From an uncultured Alphaproteobacteria bacterium (GTDB lineage: Bacteria; Pseudomonadota; Alphaproteobacteria; SP197), in the NCBI GenBank assembly GCA_958295695.1, contig OY282363.1:1113156-1177155 (forward strand): a stretch of DNA of 64,000 nucleotides, read 5' to 3'. Position 1 is the stretch's first letter. Each line of letters opens with the position of its first letter. Made by a program: the position numbers and the translations under genes. The notes below the pieces were generated by a model. The model was not told the DNA's origin. It saw nothing but the letters and a program-made list of their open reading frames with translations, and ran no database searches. Positions 37,098-48,875 of this stretch are shown here, piece after piece.

Positions 37098-37964
37098 CGC
37101 GAGGTCGACGTAGAGCGGAAGGAGAGCCGTCTGGGGCGGCGCGTCGGTGTGGTGCGTGGCGAACGACCAGCGGGCCGCGCGGGCGCGGCGCGACAGTTCG
37201 GCGCGATGGGCGCCCATCCGCGCGATATAGTCGTCGCGCAGGGCCTCCGCGCGGCTTGCGAGCATGGCGCCTTCCCGCTCCAGGCCGTCGAACAGGATGC
37301 GCCCGGCATAGGGCAGGGTTTCCTCGGCCGGGTCCAGCACCTGCACCATATGCCCGGTCGCGCCGAGACCGGCGAAGTGCTTGATCGTGGCGTCGAGCCG
37401 TTCGAGCGGCTCCAGGAAGTCGCCCACCAGCACGAGCTGGGCGCGCCTGGGCAGGATCTCGTGGGGGGGCAGGCTGGGCGGCCCGCCTTCCGAATTGCGG
37501 ACCAGCCGCGTCGCGAAGCGGGTCAGCGCGGCGCTGCCGGTCCCCGGCCGGCGGTCGGCGCCCAGGAGCGCGATGTTCTCGTCGCCACGCACAAGGAGCA
37601 CGGCCAGCGCCATCAGGACCAGGCGCGCGCGCTCCAGTTTGGTGGTCTGCGCCAGACGGGAGCCGAAGCGCATGGAGGGCGAGCCGTCGGCCCAGAGCCA
37701 GACGCTTTCGGCGGCCTCCCACTCGGTCTCGCGCACATAGAGCCGGGTCGATTTCGCCGAGGCCCGCCAGTCGATCATCGCGGCGGCGTCGCCCCGCTCG
37801 TAGCGCCGGAACTGCCAGAACGTCTCGCCGGGCCCGACGCGCCTGCGGCCGTGCACGCCCTGGGCCACGATCGCGGCCACATGCTCGGCTTCGACCAGGA
37901 GCGGCGGCAGGTGCGCGACGAGCTGTTCGGCGCGCCGGCGGAAGCTGACGGCGGTTTCAGCCAC
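37083..37964 (-). CDS. DUF58 domain protein (vWA-like), MoxR partner
   Basis: 293 aa, with an arrangement typical downstream of a MoxR ATPase. Confidence 0.75.
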   Translation of the reverse strand: MAETAVSFRRRAEQLVAHLPPLLVEAEHVAAIVAQGVHGRRRVGPGETFWQFRRYERGDAAAMIDWRASAKSTRLYVRETEWEAAESVWLWADGSPSMRFGSRLAQTTKLERARLVLMALAVLLVRGDENIALLGADRRPGTGSAALTRFATRLVRNSEGGPPSLPPHEILPRRAQLVLVGDFLEPLERLDATIKHFAGLGATGHMVQVLDPAEETLPYAGRILFDGLEREGAMLASRAEALRDDYIARMGAHRAELSRRARAARWSFATHHTDAPPQTALLPLYVDLAGQAA

Positions 37965-37997
37965 GCAGCTTGCCCGTCCCGTTCGTCCCGGGGGCCG

Positions 37998-38999
37998 TCA
38001 CGCGAGCGGCGCCTTCAGCCGCTCGATCACCCGGTCGACCGTGACGCCGTCCGCGCGCGCCGCGAAGGTCAGCGCCATGCGGTGCCGCAGGACGGGACCG
38101 GCGAGCGCGATGACGTCGTCGATCGAGGGCGCGAAGCGGCCATCGAGCAGGGCGCGGGCGCGAACGGCGAGCATGAGCGCCTGGCTGGCGCGCGGACCCG
38201 GCCCCCAGGCGATCTGCGTCGCCTCGTCGCTTTCCGCCGGCCGGCCCGAGCGCACGAGCGACAGAATCGCCTCCACCACGCTCTCGCCGACCGGAATGCG
38301 CCTGACGAGCCGCTGCGCGGCCACCAGCTCGTCGCCGTCGAGCGCCTGAGCCGGCGTTTCCTCTTCCAGGCCGGTCGTCGCCACCAGCATCTCGCGCTCC
38401 GCGTCGCGGCGGGGGTAGTCGACGTCGACCTCCATCAGGAAACGGTCGAGCTGGGCCTCGGGCAGGGGATAGGTGCCCTCCAGCTCGAGCGGGTTCTGCG
38501 TGGCGAGCACGTGGAACGGCTCGGGCAGGGGGTGGCGGGTGCCGGCGACCGACACCGCGCGCTCCTGCATGGCCTGAAGCAGGGCCGATTGGGTGCGGGG
38601 GCTGGCGCGGTTCACCTCGTCGGCCATGAGGAGCTGGCTGAACACCGGACCCTGGATGAAGCGGAACGCCCGGCGTCCCGTGTCGGACTCCTCGAGCACC
38701 TCGGAGCCGAGGATGTCGGCGGGCATCAGGTCGGGCGTGAACTGCACGCGCTTCTCGTCGAGTCCCATGACCGTGCCGATCGTCTCGACCAGCTTGGTCT
38801 TTCCCAGGCCGGGCACGCCGATGAGCAGGGCGTGGCCGCCGGCGAGAAGGGTGATGAGCGTCTGTTCGACAACAATGTCCTGGCCGAAGATGACGCGCCC
38901 GACCGAGGCGCGCGCCTCGGCGAGGCGGGCGCCGACCCGGTCCATCTCCGCCGTCAGGTCGGACGCATCCTGCAGTCGCCTGTCGTGTGGTTCGGCCAT
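37998..38999 (-). CDS. MoxR-family AAA+ ATPase
   Basis: Walker A GVPGLGKT and Walker B LLMADEVNRASP, 333 aa. Confidence 0.9.
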   Translation of the reverse strand: MAEPHDRRLQDASDLTAEMDRVGARLAEARASVGRVIFGQDIVVEQTLITLLAGGHALLIGVPGLGKTKLVETIGTVMGLDEKRVQFTPDLMPADILGSEVLEESDTGRRAFRFIQGPVFSQLLMADEVNRASPRTQSALLQAMQERAVSVAGTRHPLPEPFHVLATQNPLELEGTYPLPEAQLDRFLMEVDVDYPRRDAEREMLVATTGLEEETPAQALDGDELVAAQRLVRRIPVGESVVEAILSLVRSGRPAESDEATQIAWGPGPRASQALMLAVRARALLDGRFAPSIDDVIALAGPVLRHRMALTFAARADGVTVDRVIERLKAPLA

Positions 39000-39066
39000 G
39001 CCTCTCCCCGGAACGCGATCGCGCGTATACTAACGGTCACCCTGCATTACGGTATCACGCTCCGCC

Positions 39067-39621
39067 ATGACCGATACAAATGCCCGTGAGGACGGCATCC
39101 GCGGCGACCGCGCGGAACGGAGCCGCCTGGATGGCCCCCCGGATGTGCCCGCGGGCGATATCGACATCCGGATCGCGCGCGACGGCACCTGGTATCACGA
39201 GGGCGGCGCGATCCGGCGGCGGCGGCTGGTCAAGCTCTTCGCGGGCATTCTCAAACGCGAGGACGACGGCGCCTACTGTCTCGTAACGCCGGCCGAGAAG
39301 CGGCGCATCGCGGTCGAGGACGCGCCCTTCGTTGCGGTCGAGGCCGCGATCGGCGACGGCGTGGTACGGTTCCGGACCAACGTCGACGAGGTGGTGACCG
39401 CCGACGCCGACCATCCCATCCGCGTCGAGACGGACCGGGCCAGCGGCCGGCCTTCGCCCTATGTCCACGTGCGGGACGGGCTCGACGCGCTGATCGCGCG
39501 CGCCGTCTACTACGAGCTGGTGAACGCGGGCCGCGTGGCGGAACGGGACGGACGGTCGGTTCTGGGCATCGATTCGGCGGGATGCTTCTTCGTCCTGGGC
39601 GAGATCGGCGATGACGCGTGA
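39067..39621 (+). CDS. DUF1285 family protein
   Basis: 184 aa in the conserved alphaproteobacterial neighbourhood upstream of the CoA-pyrophosphatase nudix gene. Confidence 0.6.
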   Translation: MTDTNAREDGIRGDRAERSRLDGPPDVPAGDIDIRIARDGTWYHEGGAIRRRRLVKLFAGILKREDDGAYCLVTPAEKRRIAVEDAPFVAVEAAIGDGVVRFRTNVDEVVTADADHPIRVETDRASGRPSPYVHVRDGLDALIARAVYYELVNAGRVAERDGRSVLGIDSAGCFFVLGEIGDDA

Positions 39622-40195
39622 CGAGGTGCTCCGGGCCCTGCGCGCGCCGCCGCCGCCCGTCCTGGAGCCGCCCCCCTCGGACTGGGAGGATGGCCCCGCC
39701 GACCGGCGGGCGGCCGTGCTCGTGCCCCTGGTGGACCGCGACGACGGGTTCACGGTGATCTTCGGCCAGCGGTCCCGGACGCTGAAACGCCATGCGGGAG
39801 AGGTGAGCTTTCCCGGCGGCCGGATCGAACCCGGCGAGGACGAGGTCGCCGCGGCCCTGCGCGAGGCCGAGGAGGAGGTCGGCCTCGATCCGGCCCGGGT
39901 CGAGATCGTCGCCCGGCTGGACTCCTACCGCGCCGGCTCCGGCTACGCCATCGCGCCGCATGTCGGCCTCGTCGCGCCGCCGCTGGTCCTGGTTCCCGAC
40001 GGCGTGGAGATCGAGGAGGTCTTCGAGGTGCCGCTGCGCTTTCTTCTGGACCCCGCGAACCATCGGCGCGAGAGCATGCATTGGCGCGGCGTCGACCGCT
40101 GGTACAGCGTCTTCGAGTACGGTCCGCGCACCATCTGGGGCGCGACGGCGACGGTGCTGGTGAACCTTCTGCGGATCCTGCGGGGAGAACGCTGA
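39611..40195 (+). CDS. NUDIX hydrolase, CoA pyrophosphatase-like
   Basis: Nudix box GGRIEPGEDEVAAALREAEEEVGL. Confidence 0.75.
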   Translation: MTRDEVLRALRAPPPPVLEPPPSDWEDGPADRRAAVLVPLVDRDDGFTVIFGQRSRTLKRHAGEVSFPGGRIEPGEDEVAAALREAEEEVGLDPARVEIVARLDSYRAGSGYAIAPHVGLVAPPLVLVPDGVEIEEVFEVPLRFLLDPANHRRESMHWRGVDRWYSVFEYGPRTIWGATATVLVNLLRILRGER

Positions 40196-40395
40196 TGCGC
40201 TACCTGCTGCCCGTTCTGCTGGTCGTCCTGCCGCTCATCGCCTACGTCATCTGGCTCACCCAGGCGCGCAGGGCCGCGGCGGCGAACGACGACGAGCCGC
40301 CGGGAGCGCGGGACGCGCCCTGGACCTGGATCGCCATCGGCACGCTGGCGGCCGTCTGCCTCGCCTTGGTCGTCGCCGGGCTCTTCGATGTCTGA
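40195..40395 (+). CDS. small membrane protein (66 aa, 2 TM)
   Basis: MRYLLPVLLVVLPLIAYVIWL...WIAIGTLAAVCLALVVAGLF. Translationally coupled between the nudix and cca genes. Confidence 0.35.
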   Translation: MRYLLPVLLVVLPLIAYVIWLTQARRAAAANDDEPPGARDAPWTWIAIGTLAAVCLALVVAGLFDV

Positions 40396-41602
40396 ACGCC
40401 CCGCCGGGCGAATCGTCCCGCCGGAGGCGCTGACGGGCCCCGCGGCCGGCGCGGTGGTCGCCGCGCTCGCGGCCGATGGCGCGGAGGTCCGGTTCGTGGG
40501 CGGCTGCGTTCGCGACGCCTTGCTCGGGCGCGACGTGGAGGATGTCGATATCGCCACGCCGGACCGTCCCGACGCCGTGCTGGCGCTGCTCGAACGGGCC
40601 GGAATCAAGGGCGCGCCGACGGGCCTCGCGCACGGCACGGTGACGGCCGTCGCCGACGGACGGCCATTCCAGGTCACGACCTTGCGTATCGACGTCGAGA
40701 CCGACGGACGCCATGCCGAGGTCGCGTTCACCGACAGTTTCGAGGCCGACGCCGCCCGGCGCGACTTCACGATCAACGCCATGAGCCTCGACCCGTCGGG
40801 CGACCTCTTCGACTACGTCGGCGGACGCGCCGATCTCGACGCCGGGCGCGTCCGCTTCGTCGGCGACGCCGGAGCCAGGATCGCCGAGGACTACCTGAGG
40901 GTCCTGCGCTACTTCCGTTTCCTCGCGCGCTACGGCCGCGGCCTGCCCGAGCCTTCGGCGGTCGAGGCTTGCCGGGACGCGGCGGGCAAGCTGGGCCGGC
41001 TGTCCGCCGAGCGCATCCAGACCGAGATGCTGAAGACCCTGGGAGCGCCCAATCCGGCGCCGGCCGTGGAGCTCATGCGCGAGACCGGGGTTCTGCGGGC
41101 CGTGCTTCCCGAGGCCGGACCGTCCGACGTCCTGCTGGCGCTTGTCGGGATCGACGACCGCGACCCCCTGAGACGGCTGGCCGCGCTGGCGCCTTCGGGC
41201 GGCCGGGCGCTCGCGGCGCGCCTGAAGCTCCCGAACGCCATGGCCGAACGGCTCGCCGCGCTGTCTCCGCCCCTCCTGAAGCCGCCGTCTTCCCTGTCGT
41301 CGTCCGCGCGGCGCCGGATGCTCTACGACCTCGGCGTCTCCCTCTTCCGCGACCTCGTCCTGCTGGCCTGGGCCGCCGACCGCGACGGCGCGGCCCCCCG
41401 TTGGCGCGCCATGCTCGATGAGGCCCATCGCTGGGAACGCCCGGAACTGCCGGTGCGGGGCGGCGACGTGCTGGCGGCCGGCGTGACGGAGGGCCCCGAC
41501 GTCGGCCGCCTGCTGGCGGAGATCGAAAACTGGTGGCGGGAACGGGATTTCCTGCCGGACCGGCGGGCGTGCCTCGACCGCCTGTCCGACCTCGCGCCAT
41601 AG
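40388..41602 (+). CDS. cca: CCA tRNA nucleotidyltransferase
   Basis: PolyA_pol head domain GGCVRDALLGRDVEDVDIAT...RRDFTINAM. Confidence 0.85.
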   Translation: MSERPAGRIVPPEALTGPAAGAVVAALAADGAEVRFVGGCVRDALLGRDVEDVDIATPDRPDAVLALLERAGIKGAPTGLAHGTVTAVADGRPFQVTTLRIDVETDGRHAEVAFTDSFEADAARRDFTINAMSLDPSGDLFDYVGGRADLDAGRVRFVGDAGARIAEDYLRVLRYFRFLARYGRGLPEPSAVEACRDAAGKLGRLSAERIQTEMLKTLGAPNPAPAVELMRETGVLRAVLPEAGPSDVLLALVGIDDRDPLRRLAALAPSGGRALAARLKLPNAMAERLAALSPPLLKPPSSLSSSARRRMLYDLGVSLFRDLVLLAWAADRDGAAPRWRAMLDEAHRWERPELPVRGGDVLAAGVTEGPDVGRLLAEIENWWRERDFLPDRRACLDRLSDLAP

Positions 41603-41608
41603 CCGCCT

Positions 41609-42157
41609 ATGAAGAGGTTCCGCGGGGGTAGTATGCATGACGCCATGACCGTCGTCCGCCGCGCCGGGTTCCCGGCCGTGTTCTGGGTCGCGGTCGCGGC
41701 GGCCCAGGAGGTTCCGGACGGAGGCGTCGTCCTGTCGCGGTCCTGGATCGCAGCGCCCCCGCCGGGCGCGGCGACGGCCGCGGGGTATCTCGCCATAGCA
41801 AACGACGGCGAGACGGCGGACCGGCTACTGTCGGTTTCGGCCGGCTTCGCGGGGAAGGCAGAGATCCACGGCGTCTCCATCGACGCCCACGGCGTGATGC
41901 GGATGCGCCCGGTCGAGGGCGGCCTGACGCTCGCGCCGGGCGAGACGGTCATCCTCGAGCCGGGAGGCTATCACGTGATGTTCACGGGCGTCCTGGAGCC
42001 CCTCGATGAGGGAAGCCGCTGGAGCGTCACGCTGGGCTTCGAGCATGCCGACGACATCGAGGAGGATTTCGACGTCCTGGGACGGCCGGCCGGCATGAGC
42101 CACGGCGACGCCACCGGGGACGCGACGGACGCGCATGACCCGGGGGACGGGCCGTGA
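41609..42157 (+). CDS. copper chaperone PCu(A)C (DUF461)
   Basis: H(M)x10Mx21HxM-like Cu motif region ...YHVMFTGV...; an SCO1 gene lies adjacent. Confidence 0.7.
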   Translation: MKRFRGGSMHDAMTVVRRAGFPAVFWVAVAAAQEVPDGGVVLSRSWIAAPPPGAATAAGYLAIANDGETADRLLSVSAGFAGKAEIHGVSIDAHGVMRMRPVEGGLTLAPGETVILEPGGYHVMFTGVLEPLDEGSRWSVTLGFEHADDIEEDFDVLGRPAGMSHGDATGDATDAHDPGDGP

Positions 42158-42756
42158 CGCCGCGCCGTCTCCCGACCGTGCTTCTCGCCTGCGCGATCCT
42201 CGGTCTCTCGGCCCTCGCGGCGGTCGAGTTCCAGCGATGGCGGGAAGCCGCCGTTCCGGGAGACGCGCCGGTCGACATCGGCGGCTCCTTCACCATGACC
42301 GCCCATGACGGCCGGACGGTGACCGAACGGGACCTCCTGGGGCGGCGGTCCCTGATCTTCTTCGGCTTCACCCATTGTCCCGACATCTGCCCGACGACCC
42401 TGAACGGGGTCGCGGCCTGGCTCGACGCCCTGGGCGACGAGGCGCGCCTCGTCGATCCCTACTTCGTCACGGTGGACCCGGCGCGCGACACGCCCGAGCG
42501 GCTGGCGGAGTACGTCGGTCATTTCTCCCCGCGCATCGCCGGCCTCGCCGGGACCGAAACCGAGCTCGCGCGCATGGCCGAAAGCTACAGGCTCTACTAC
42601 GCCCGCATCGATCTCGATGACGGCGACTACACGATGGACCACACCGCCGCCATCTACCTGATGGACGCCGAGGGCCGCTTCTTCGACGCCATCACCCACA
42701 CGGCGACCTTCGACGAGGCGGTCGCCAAGCTGCGCCTGCTGATCGACGAAAGCTGA
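42154..42756 (+). CDS. SCO1/SenC family copper-binding protein
   Basis: Thioredoxin-like CxxxC motif FGFTHCPDICPT and a conserved His. Confidence 0.85.
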   Translation: MTPRRLPTVLLACAILGLSALAAVEFQRWREAAVPGDAPVDIGGSFTMTAHDGRTVTERDLLGRRSLIFFGFTHCPDICPTTLNGVAAWLDALGDEARLVDPYFVTVDPARDTPERLAEYVGHFSPRIAGLAGTETELARMAESYRLYYARIDLDDGDYTMDHTAAIYLMDAEGRFFDAITHTATFDEAVAKLRLLIDES

Positions 42757-42793
42757 TCCGGCGCGCCCGCGCGGCCCCGCCCCATGCGGCGGA

Positions 42794-43651
42794 TCAGTCC
42801 TGGCTGGCGCGGCCCTCGGCGTCCAGCCGCGACCATATCTCCTCGATCCAGCCCTTGATCGCGAGACCCTCTTGCCAGCGGTCCGAGAGCTCCCAGCCGT
42901 CCCTGTCCGTAATGGCGTAGGGCGGCGGGCCGAGCTCGACGAGGAAGTTGAGCGTGGCGTCCTCCGGTTCGCGGAAGCGCCACTTGCGCATGCCGTCCTC
43001 CCACCACTGGCGGAACTTCCCGACCCAGCCCCGATGCCGGGGGAAGTCGATCTGGACTTGGACCTGCTCCCGGCTCGCCACGCGGCCCTGGAAGGCGGCC
43101 GACCGGTCGAGGACCTGCTGGATCCAGTGCTCGTCCCGGGTCGGGACCGGCCACGTGAACTCGCGGGCGACGACGAAGTGGGAAAGGTCCGCGCAGAGCT
43201 TCATCTCCGGGACCGCCGCCATGAGCCGCAGCGTGTAGAGCATGTCGGTGGTGATGCAGTCGCGGTGGGTCTCGACGGTGCAGGGCATGCCCGCCCGGTC
43301 GGCCATCTCGAGCCAGCGCCTGACGATGTCGGCTCCCTCGGCGACGGTCATCGGATACATCTGGCCGATCACGTTGAGGTGGCGCGCCTCGAGCTCCAGC
43401 GCCATGTCGATGTCGGACTGGAATCCCTCGACCGACTTGGGGAACGCGCAAGCGGTGCAGGCCAGCCCCGCCCGGTCGAGCAGCCTCTTCGCGGGCCGCG
43501 AGATCTCCGGAACGAAGCTGTAGAGATCCATGCCGTCGTAGCCGGCGTCCTTGAGCATGTCGACCTGCTCCTCGATCGGCCACTCACGGCCGTCGGGCCG
43601 ACGCCGCTCCATGCCCCAGATGGACTGGAAGATCTCGAGCGTCTGGGTCAT
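42794..43651 (-). CDS. sugar phosphate isomerase/epimerase (xylose-isomerase-like TIM barrel)
   Basis: 285 aa with an AP_endonuc_2-like pattern. Confidence 0.6.
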   Translation of the reverse strand: MTQTLEIFQSIWGMERRRPDGREWPIEEQVDMLKDAGYDGMDLYSFVPEISRPAKRLLDRAGLACTACAFPKSVEGFQSDIDMALELEARHLNVIGQMYPMTVAEGADIVRRWLEMADRAGMPCTVETHRDCITTDMLYTLRLMAAVPEMKLCADLSHFVVAREFTWPVPTRDEHWIQQVLDRSAAFQGRVASREQVQVQIDFPRHRGWVGKFRQWWEDGMRKWRFREPEDATLNFLVELGPPPYAITDRDGWELSDRWQEGLAIKGWIEEIWSRLDAEGRASQD

Positions 43652-43664
43652 GGCGTTCTCCTTG

Positions 43665-44528
43665 TCAGGGCCATTTCGCTTCGGGGGGGAGCGACATCAG
43701 GATGGCGTCGGCGTCGCCGCCGGTCATCAGGCCGAAGCGTGTGCCGCGGTCGTAGACGAGGTTGAACTCGGCGTAGCGACCCCGGTAGACGAGTTGGCGC
43801 TCCCGCTCCTCGTCGGTCCACGGTTTCGCCATGCGGCGGCGCACGAGATCCGGATAGATCGCCCGGAAGGTCTCGCCGACGTCCCGGGTGAAGGCGAACG
43901 ACGCGCCGTCGGCGTCGATGTAGTCGTAGAAGATGCCGCCGACGCCCCGGGCCACGCCGCGGTGCCTGATGAAGAAGTAGTCGTCCGCCCATTCCCTGAA
44001 GCGCGGATAGTCGCCGCAGGGGTGGCGTCCGCAGCAGTCGCGGAGGGCGGCGTGAAAGGCGGCCGTGTCCTCGGCGACCGGGAGCGGCGGGTTGAGATCC
44101 GCGCCGCCGCCGAACCAGGCCATGGCGGCCGTGGCGATGTGGCGCGTGTTCATGTGGACGGCCGGCGCGAGCGGCGAATGCGTGTGGGCGACCAGCGACA
44201 CGCCCGACGCCCAGAACCGGCCGTCGTCCGGCGACGCGCCCGGAACTTCGCCCCGGAACGGCTCGGAAAGCTCGCCCCAGACCGTGGAGACGTTGACGCC
44301 GACCTTCTCGAACACACGGCCCTTCATGACGGCCATGACGCCGCCGCCGCCTCCCGCCCGGTCCCAGGCGGTCCGCTCGAAACGTCCGGGAGGCCGGTCC
44401 GACAAAGGCCCGGTCTGTTCGTCCTCGATCGCCTCGAGGACCGCGCAGAGTCTGTCGCGCAGCGTCTCGAACCAGGCCGAGGCCTCGGCGCGGAGGGCCG
44501 GGTCTCCCGGAAGGCGAAGGTCGCTCAT
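43665..44528 (-). CDS. hemF: oxygen-dependent coproporphyrinogen III oxidase
   Basis: 287 aa with conserved HemF blocks ([17 protein letters not shown]). Confidence 0.85.
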   Translation of the reverse strand: MSDLRLPGDPALRAEASAWFETLRDRLCAVLEAIEDEQTGPLSDRPPGRFERTAWDRAGGGGGVMAVMKGRVFEKVGVNVSTVWGELSEPFRGEVPGASPDDGRFWASGVSLVAHTHSPLAPAVHMNTRHIATAAMAWFGGGADLNPPLPVAEDTAAFHAALRDCCGRHPCGDYPRFREWADDYFFIRHRGVARGVGGIFYDYIDADGASFAFTRDVGETFRAIYPDLVRRRMAKPWTDEERERQLVYRGRYAEFNLVYDRGTRFGLMTGGDADAILMSLPPEAKWP

Positions 44529-44858
44529 GGCGGCCCCGCGGCCGGGGCGCGGCGGTCCGGCCGAAACCGTCCGTCGCCGGGTTGGAACCCCGCCGATCCG
44601 GCGCCGCCGGCGGCCACGCCGGGACGAGCCGCCACGCGCGGCGACGCGCCCGCGTTCCGGGGAATATCGAGATCGAAAAACGCCAACCGGACCATCGCCT
44701 CACCCGCGGCGTCCGCCGCCCTTGCACCGTGGAATGGGGCAGTATATTCATGGCCCGCCTTCGGGTTGCCAAGGCGTCGCAAGGGCGACGGGAGCGTCCG
44801 CCGGACGGGCGGCGGGTCCCCTCGGCGGAGTTGTCAACAACGCAGGGGTCTCCCTCAC

Positions 44859-45383
44859 ATGGCGGAGCACGAACTCGTCGCCCCGGAAGAAACCCGGCGC
44901 GACTTCCTCTATGTGGCGACGGGCGCCGTCGCCGCGGTGGGCGCGGCTCATGCGGCCTGGCCGTTCATCGACCAGATGAATCCCGCGGCCGACGTCCTGG
45001 CGCTGTCGTCGATCGAGGTGGACCTGTCGCCGATCGAGCCGGGCCAGCAGATCACGGTCAAGTGGCGGGCCAAACCGGTTTTCATCCGCCACCGCACGGA
45101 AGCCGACATCGCCGAGGCGCGGGCCGCGCCGCTCGACGACCTCAAGGACCCGGAGGCCGACGAAGAGCGCGCCCCACGTCCCGAATGGCTGATCATGGTG
45201 GGCGTGTGCACCCATCTGGGCTGCATCCCGCTGGCCGACCAGGGCGAGTTCGGGGGCTGGTTCTGCCCGTGCCACGGCTCGCACTACGACACGTCGGGCC
45301 GCATCCGCAAAGGGCCCGCGCCCGAGAACCTGACCGTACCGGACTACGTCTTCGTCGACGACACCACCGTCGCGATCGGCTGA
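44859..45383 (+). CDS. petA: ubiquinol-cytochrome c reductase Rieske iron-sulfur subunit
   Basis: CTHLGC...CPCHGS Rieske boxes, 174 aa. Confidence 0.9.
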   Translation: MAEHELVAPEETRRDFLYVATGAVAAVGAAHAAWPFIDQMNPAADVLALSSIEVDLSPIEPGQQITVKWRAKPVFIRHRTEADIAEARAAPLDDLKDPEADEERAPRPEWLIMVGVCTHLGCIPLADQGEFGGWFCPCHGSHYDTSGRIRKGPAPENLTVPDYVFVDDTTVAIG

Positions 45384-45399
45384 GCCCGGGACGAACGCC

Positions 45400-46662
45400 A
45401 TGGAAGGTTTTCTGAACAACGGTCTGGTGCGCTGGTTCGACAGCCGCCTGCCGGTCTTTAGCTACGTCAACGAACACCTCGTCGTCTATCCGGCGCCGCG
45501 CAACCTGAACTACGCATGGAACTTCGGTTCGCTGGCGGGCCTCGCCCTGATGATCCAGATCGCCACCGGCATCGTGCTCGCCATGCACTACACGCCGCAT
45601 GTGGACACCGCCTTCGACAGCGTCGAGCACATCATGCGCGACGTGAACTACGGCTGGTACTTCCGCTACATGCACGCCAACGGCGCGTCGTTCTTTTTCA
45701 TCGTGGTCTATCTCCATGTCTTCCGCGGCCTCTACTACGGCTCCTACAAGGCGCCGCGCGAGGTGCTGTGGTGGATCGGGCTCGCGATCCTGCTCGCCAT
45801 GATGGGCACGGCCTTCATGGGCTACGTGCTGCCCTGGGGCCAGATGAGCTTCTGGGCCGCGACCGTCATCACCAAACTGTTCGGCGCCATCCCTTGGGTC
45901 GGCGAGTCGGTCGTCAACTGGCTGTGGGGCGGCGAAGGAATCGACAACCCGACGCTCAACCGCTTCTACGCGCTGCACTTCCTGCTGCCTTTCGCGATCG
46001 TGGGCCTTGTCGTGCTGCACCTGTGGGCGTTGCACCACAAGAAGTCGAACAACCCGCTGGGCATCGACTACAAGGGTCCGCAGGACTTCATCCCGTTCCA
46101 TCCCTACTACACGATCAAGGACGCGTTCGGCGCGGGCGTGTTCCTGATCGTCTTCTCGATCTTCCTGTTCTATGCGCCCAACTACATGGGCCATCCCGAC
46201 AACTACATCCCGGCCGATCCGCTGAAGACCCCGCCGCACATCGTGCCCGAATGGTACTTCCTGCCGTTCTACGCGATCCTGCGCGCGGTCCCCGGCAAAC
46301 TCGACGGCGTGATCGTCATGGGCCTTTCCATCGGCATTCTCTTCCTGCTGCCCTGGCTCGACACCTCGCGGGTGCGTTCGGCCACCTTCCGGCCGGTGTT
46401 CAGGTGGTTCTACTGGATCCTGGTGCTCGACATCGTCGTGCTGGGCTTCTGCGGCGCCAATCCGCCCGAGGGCGCATGGATAGACATCGGCCGCGCGGCG
46501 ACGGCTTATTATTTCGTCCACTTCCTGATCCTGCTGCCGCTGATCGGCTGGTTCGAGAGGCCCCTGCCGTTGCCCGACAGCATCGCCAAGCCGGTGCTGT
46601 CCGGCGGTCCCGCTCCCGCCGCGGCCATCGCCCGCGACAAGGCCCGAGGAGAGAGGCGATGA
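45400..46662 (+). CDS. petB: cytochrome b
   Basis: 420 aa, classic cytochrome b N-terminus and haem-ligating His. Confidence 0.9.
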   Translation: MEGFLNNGLVRWFDSRLPVFSYVNEHLVVYPAPRNLNYAWNFGSLAGLALMIQIATGIVLAMHYTPHVDTAFDSVEHIMRDVNYGWYFRYMHANGASFFFIVVYLHVFRGLYYGSYKAPREVLWWIGLAILLAMMGTAFMGYVLPWGQMSFWAATVITKLFGAIPWVGESVVNWLWGGEGIDNPTLNRFYALHFLLPFAIVGLVVLHLWALHHKKSNNPLGIDYKGPQDFIPFHPYYTIKDAFGAGVFLIVFSIFLFYAPNYMGHPDNYIPADPLKTPPHIVPEWYFLPFYAILRAVPGKLDGVIVMGLSIGILFLLPWLDTSRVRSATFRPVFRWFYWILVLDIVVLGFCGANPPEGAWIDIGRAATAYYFVHFLILLPLIGWFERPLPLPDSIAKPVLSGGPAPAAAIARDKARGERR

Positions 46663-47405
46663 AGCGTTTCGCCCCCGCCGTGCTGGCGCTCGCCCTCTCG
46701 CTGCCGGGCGCCGCGCTGGCCGCGGGCGACGCGGCCCATCCCGAGCAGCGGTCGTGGTCGTGGGACGGCCTGTTCGGAACCTACGACCGCGAGCAGCTTC
46801 GGCGCGGTCTGGAGATCTTCACGCTCCAGTGCGTCAACTGCCACGGTCTGAAGTACATCCGCTTCCGGAATCTGACCGAGATCGGCCTCGGCGCGGACGA
46901 GGCCCAGGCCATCGCCGGACAGTACGAGGTGGCGGGCGACCCCGACGAATGGGGCGATCCGACCGTGAAGCCGGCCGAACTCCACCATCCGTTCCCCGAT
47001 CCCTACCGCAACGAGGCCGAGGCGCGGGCGCTCAACAACGGCGGCCTGCCGCCCGACCTGTCGCTCATGGCCAAGGCGCGGGCGGACGGCTCGAACTACA
47101 TCGCGGCGCTCCTGTCCGATCCCGGATACAACGAGGGCGACCCCGACGAGAGCGGCCTCTACCGCAATCCGTACTTCCCCGGCGGCTGGACCGCGATGGC
47201 CCCGCCGCTCTGGGACGACATGCTGGGCGACGGCGCGACGGTGGAGCAGGAAGCCGAGGACATCGCGGCCTTTCTCACCTGGGCGGCCGAGCCGCGCATG
47301 GAGGACCGCAAGTCCCTGGGCCTCAAGGTCGTGCTCTTCCTGCTGGCGCTGACCGGCCTGCTCTATGTCTGCAAACGCAAGATCTGGGCGAAGGTCGACC
47401 ACTAG
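46659..47405 (+). CDS. petC: cytochrome c1
   Basis: Signal peptide, CVNCHG haem motif, C-terminal TM anchor. Its ATG overlaps the petB stop. Confidence 0.9.
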   Translation: MKRFAPAVLALALSLPGAALAAGDAAHPEQRSWSWDGLFGTYDREQLRRGLEIFTLQCVNCHGLKYIRFRNLTEIGLGADEAQAIAGQYEVAGDPDEWGDPTVKPAELHHPFPDPYRNEAEARALNNGGLPPDLSLMAKARADGSNYIAALLSDPGYNEGDPDESGLYRNPYFPGGWTAMAPPLWDDMLGDGATVEQEAEDIAAFLTWAAEPRMEDRKSLGLKVVLFLLALTGLLYVCKRKIWAKVDH

Positions 47406-47444
47406 GCCGGCGCGTCGCCCGGTTCCCGGATTGGCGAGACAACC

Positions 47445-48317
47445 ATGAACGAGACGGTTCTGGGCGTTCTGGGCGGCAGCGGCGTCTACGACATCGACGG
47501 CCTTGAGGACGCCCGCTGGGTGACCGTGGAGACGCCGTGGGGCGACCCGTCGGACCGGCTTCTCGAGGGCGGGATCGACGGCCAGCGGATCGTTTTCCTG
47601 CCGCGCCACGGCCGCGGCCATCCGGTCTCGCCCACGGGCGTCAACGCGCGCGCCAACATCGACGCCTTGAAGCGCCGGGGCGTGACCGACGTGATCTCGG
47701 TCGCGGCGGTCGGCTCCCTTCGCGAGACGCTCGCGCCGGGCGCCTTCGTGCTCTGCGACCAGTATGTCGACCGGACGACCGGCCGCGCGCGCAGCTTCTT
47801 CGGCGACGGCTGCGTCGCCCACGTCTCGCTGGCGCATCCGACCTGCGGTCGGCTCGCCGCCCGCGTCGAAGCGGCGGGCGCCGCCGCCGGGGTCGCCATG
47901 GCGCGGGGCGGAACCTATGTCTGCATCGAGGGGCCGCAGTTCTCCTCGCTGGCCGAATCGCGCCTCTACCGCTCCTGGGGCATGGACGTGATCGGCATGA
48001 CCGCCATGCCCGAGGCGCGGCTCGCCCGGGAAGCGGAGCTCTGCTACGTCACGGTCGCCATGGTGACCGACTACGACTGCTGGCATGAGGAGCACGGTGC
48101 CGTCACCGTCGACCGGGTCCTGGAAGTGCTGCAAGCCAACGCCGACAACGCCCGCGGGCTGGTGAGAGCGCTGGCGCCGCGCGTCGCGGACCGTCCCCAT
48201 CCCTGCGGCAAGGGCTGCGACAGGGCGCTCGACCTCGCCATCGTCACCGCGCCGGACCGCCGCGACCCGGCGCTTCTGGCCAAGCTCGACGCGGTCGCGG
48301 GCCGCGTCCTGTCGTGA
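47445..48317 (+). CDS. mtnP: S-methyl-5'-thioadenosine phosphorylase
   Basis: PNP/MTAP family, 290 aa. Confidence 0.85.
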   Translation: MNETVLGVLGGSGVYDIDGLEDARWVTVETPWGDPSDRLLEGGIDGQRIVFLPRHGRGHPVSPTGVNARANIDALKRRGVTDVISVAAVGSLRETLAPGAFVLCDQYVDRTTGRARSFFGDGCVAHVSLAHPTCGRLAARVEAAGAAAGVAMARGGTYVCIEGPQFSSLAESRLYRSWGMDVIGMTAMPEARLAREAELCYVTVAMVTDYDCWHEEHGAVTVDRVLEVLQANADNARGLVRALAPRVADRPHPCGKGCDRALDLAIVTAPDRRDPALLAKLDAVAGRVLS

Positions 48318-48321
48318 CGCC

Positions 48322-48849
48322 ATGGACCTGAAGAGCCTGATCCGCACGATTCCGGACCATCCCCACGAGGGGATCGTGTTCCGCGACATCACCACCCTGT
48401 TCGCCGACGCCGGCGGATTTCGACGCGCCGTCGACGAACTGGTGCAGCCCTACGCCGGCCAGAAGATCGACGCGGTCGCGGGCATCGAGGCGCGCGGCTT
48501 CATCCTGGGCGGCGCGGTGGCGCACCAGCTTTCGGTGGCCTTCGTCCCGATCCGCAAGAAGGGCAGGCTGCCCTGGAGGACGATCGGCACGGACTACGTC
48601 CTGGAGTACGGCGCCGACAGGGTCGAGATCCACGAGGACGCGGTCGCCCCCGGCGCGCGCGTCCTGCTCGTCGACGATCTGATCGCCACCGGCGGGACGA
48701 CGGCGGCGGGCGTCGAGTTGCTGCGCCGGGCGGGCGCGGAGGTGGCCGGTTGCTCCTTCGTCATCGAGCTTCCCGACCTTGGCGGCGGCGGAGTGCTCGC
48801 CGGGCTCGACGCGCCCTACCACGCGCTGGTGCGGTTCGAGGGAGCCTGA
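48322..48849 (+). CDS. apt: adenine phosphoribosyltransferase
   Basis: PRPP-binding motif [13 protein letters not shown]. Confidence 0.9.
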   Translation: MDLKSLIRTIPDHPHEGIVFRDITTLFADAGGFRRAVDELVQPYAGQKIDAVAGIEARGFILGGAVAHQLSVAFVPIRKKGRLPWRTIGTDYVLEYGADRVEIHEDAVAPGARVLLVDDLIATGGTTAAGVELLRRAGAEVAGCSFVIELPDLGGGGVLAGLDAPYHALVRFEGA

Positions 48850-48875
48850 AGCTCCGGCGCGGCGCCGTTCCGTCC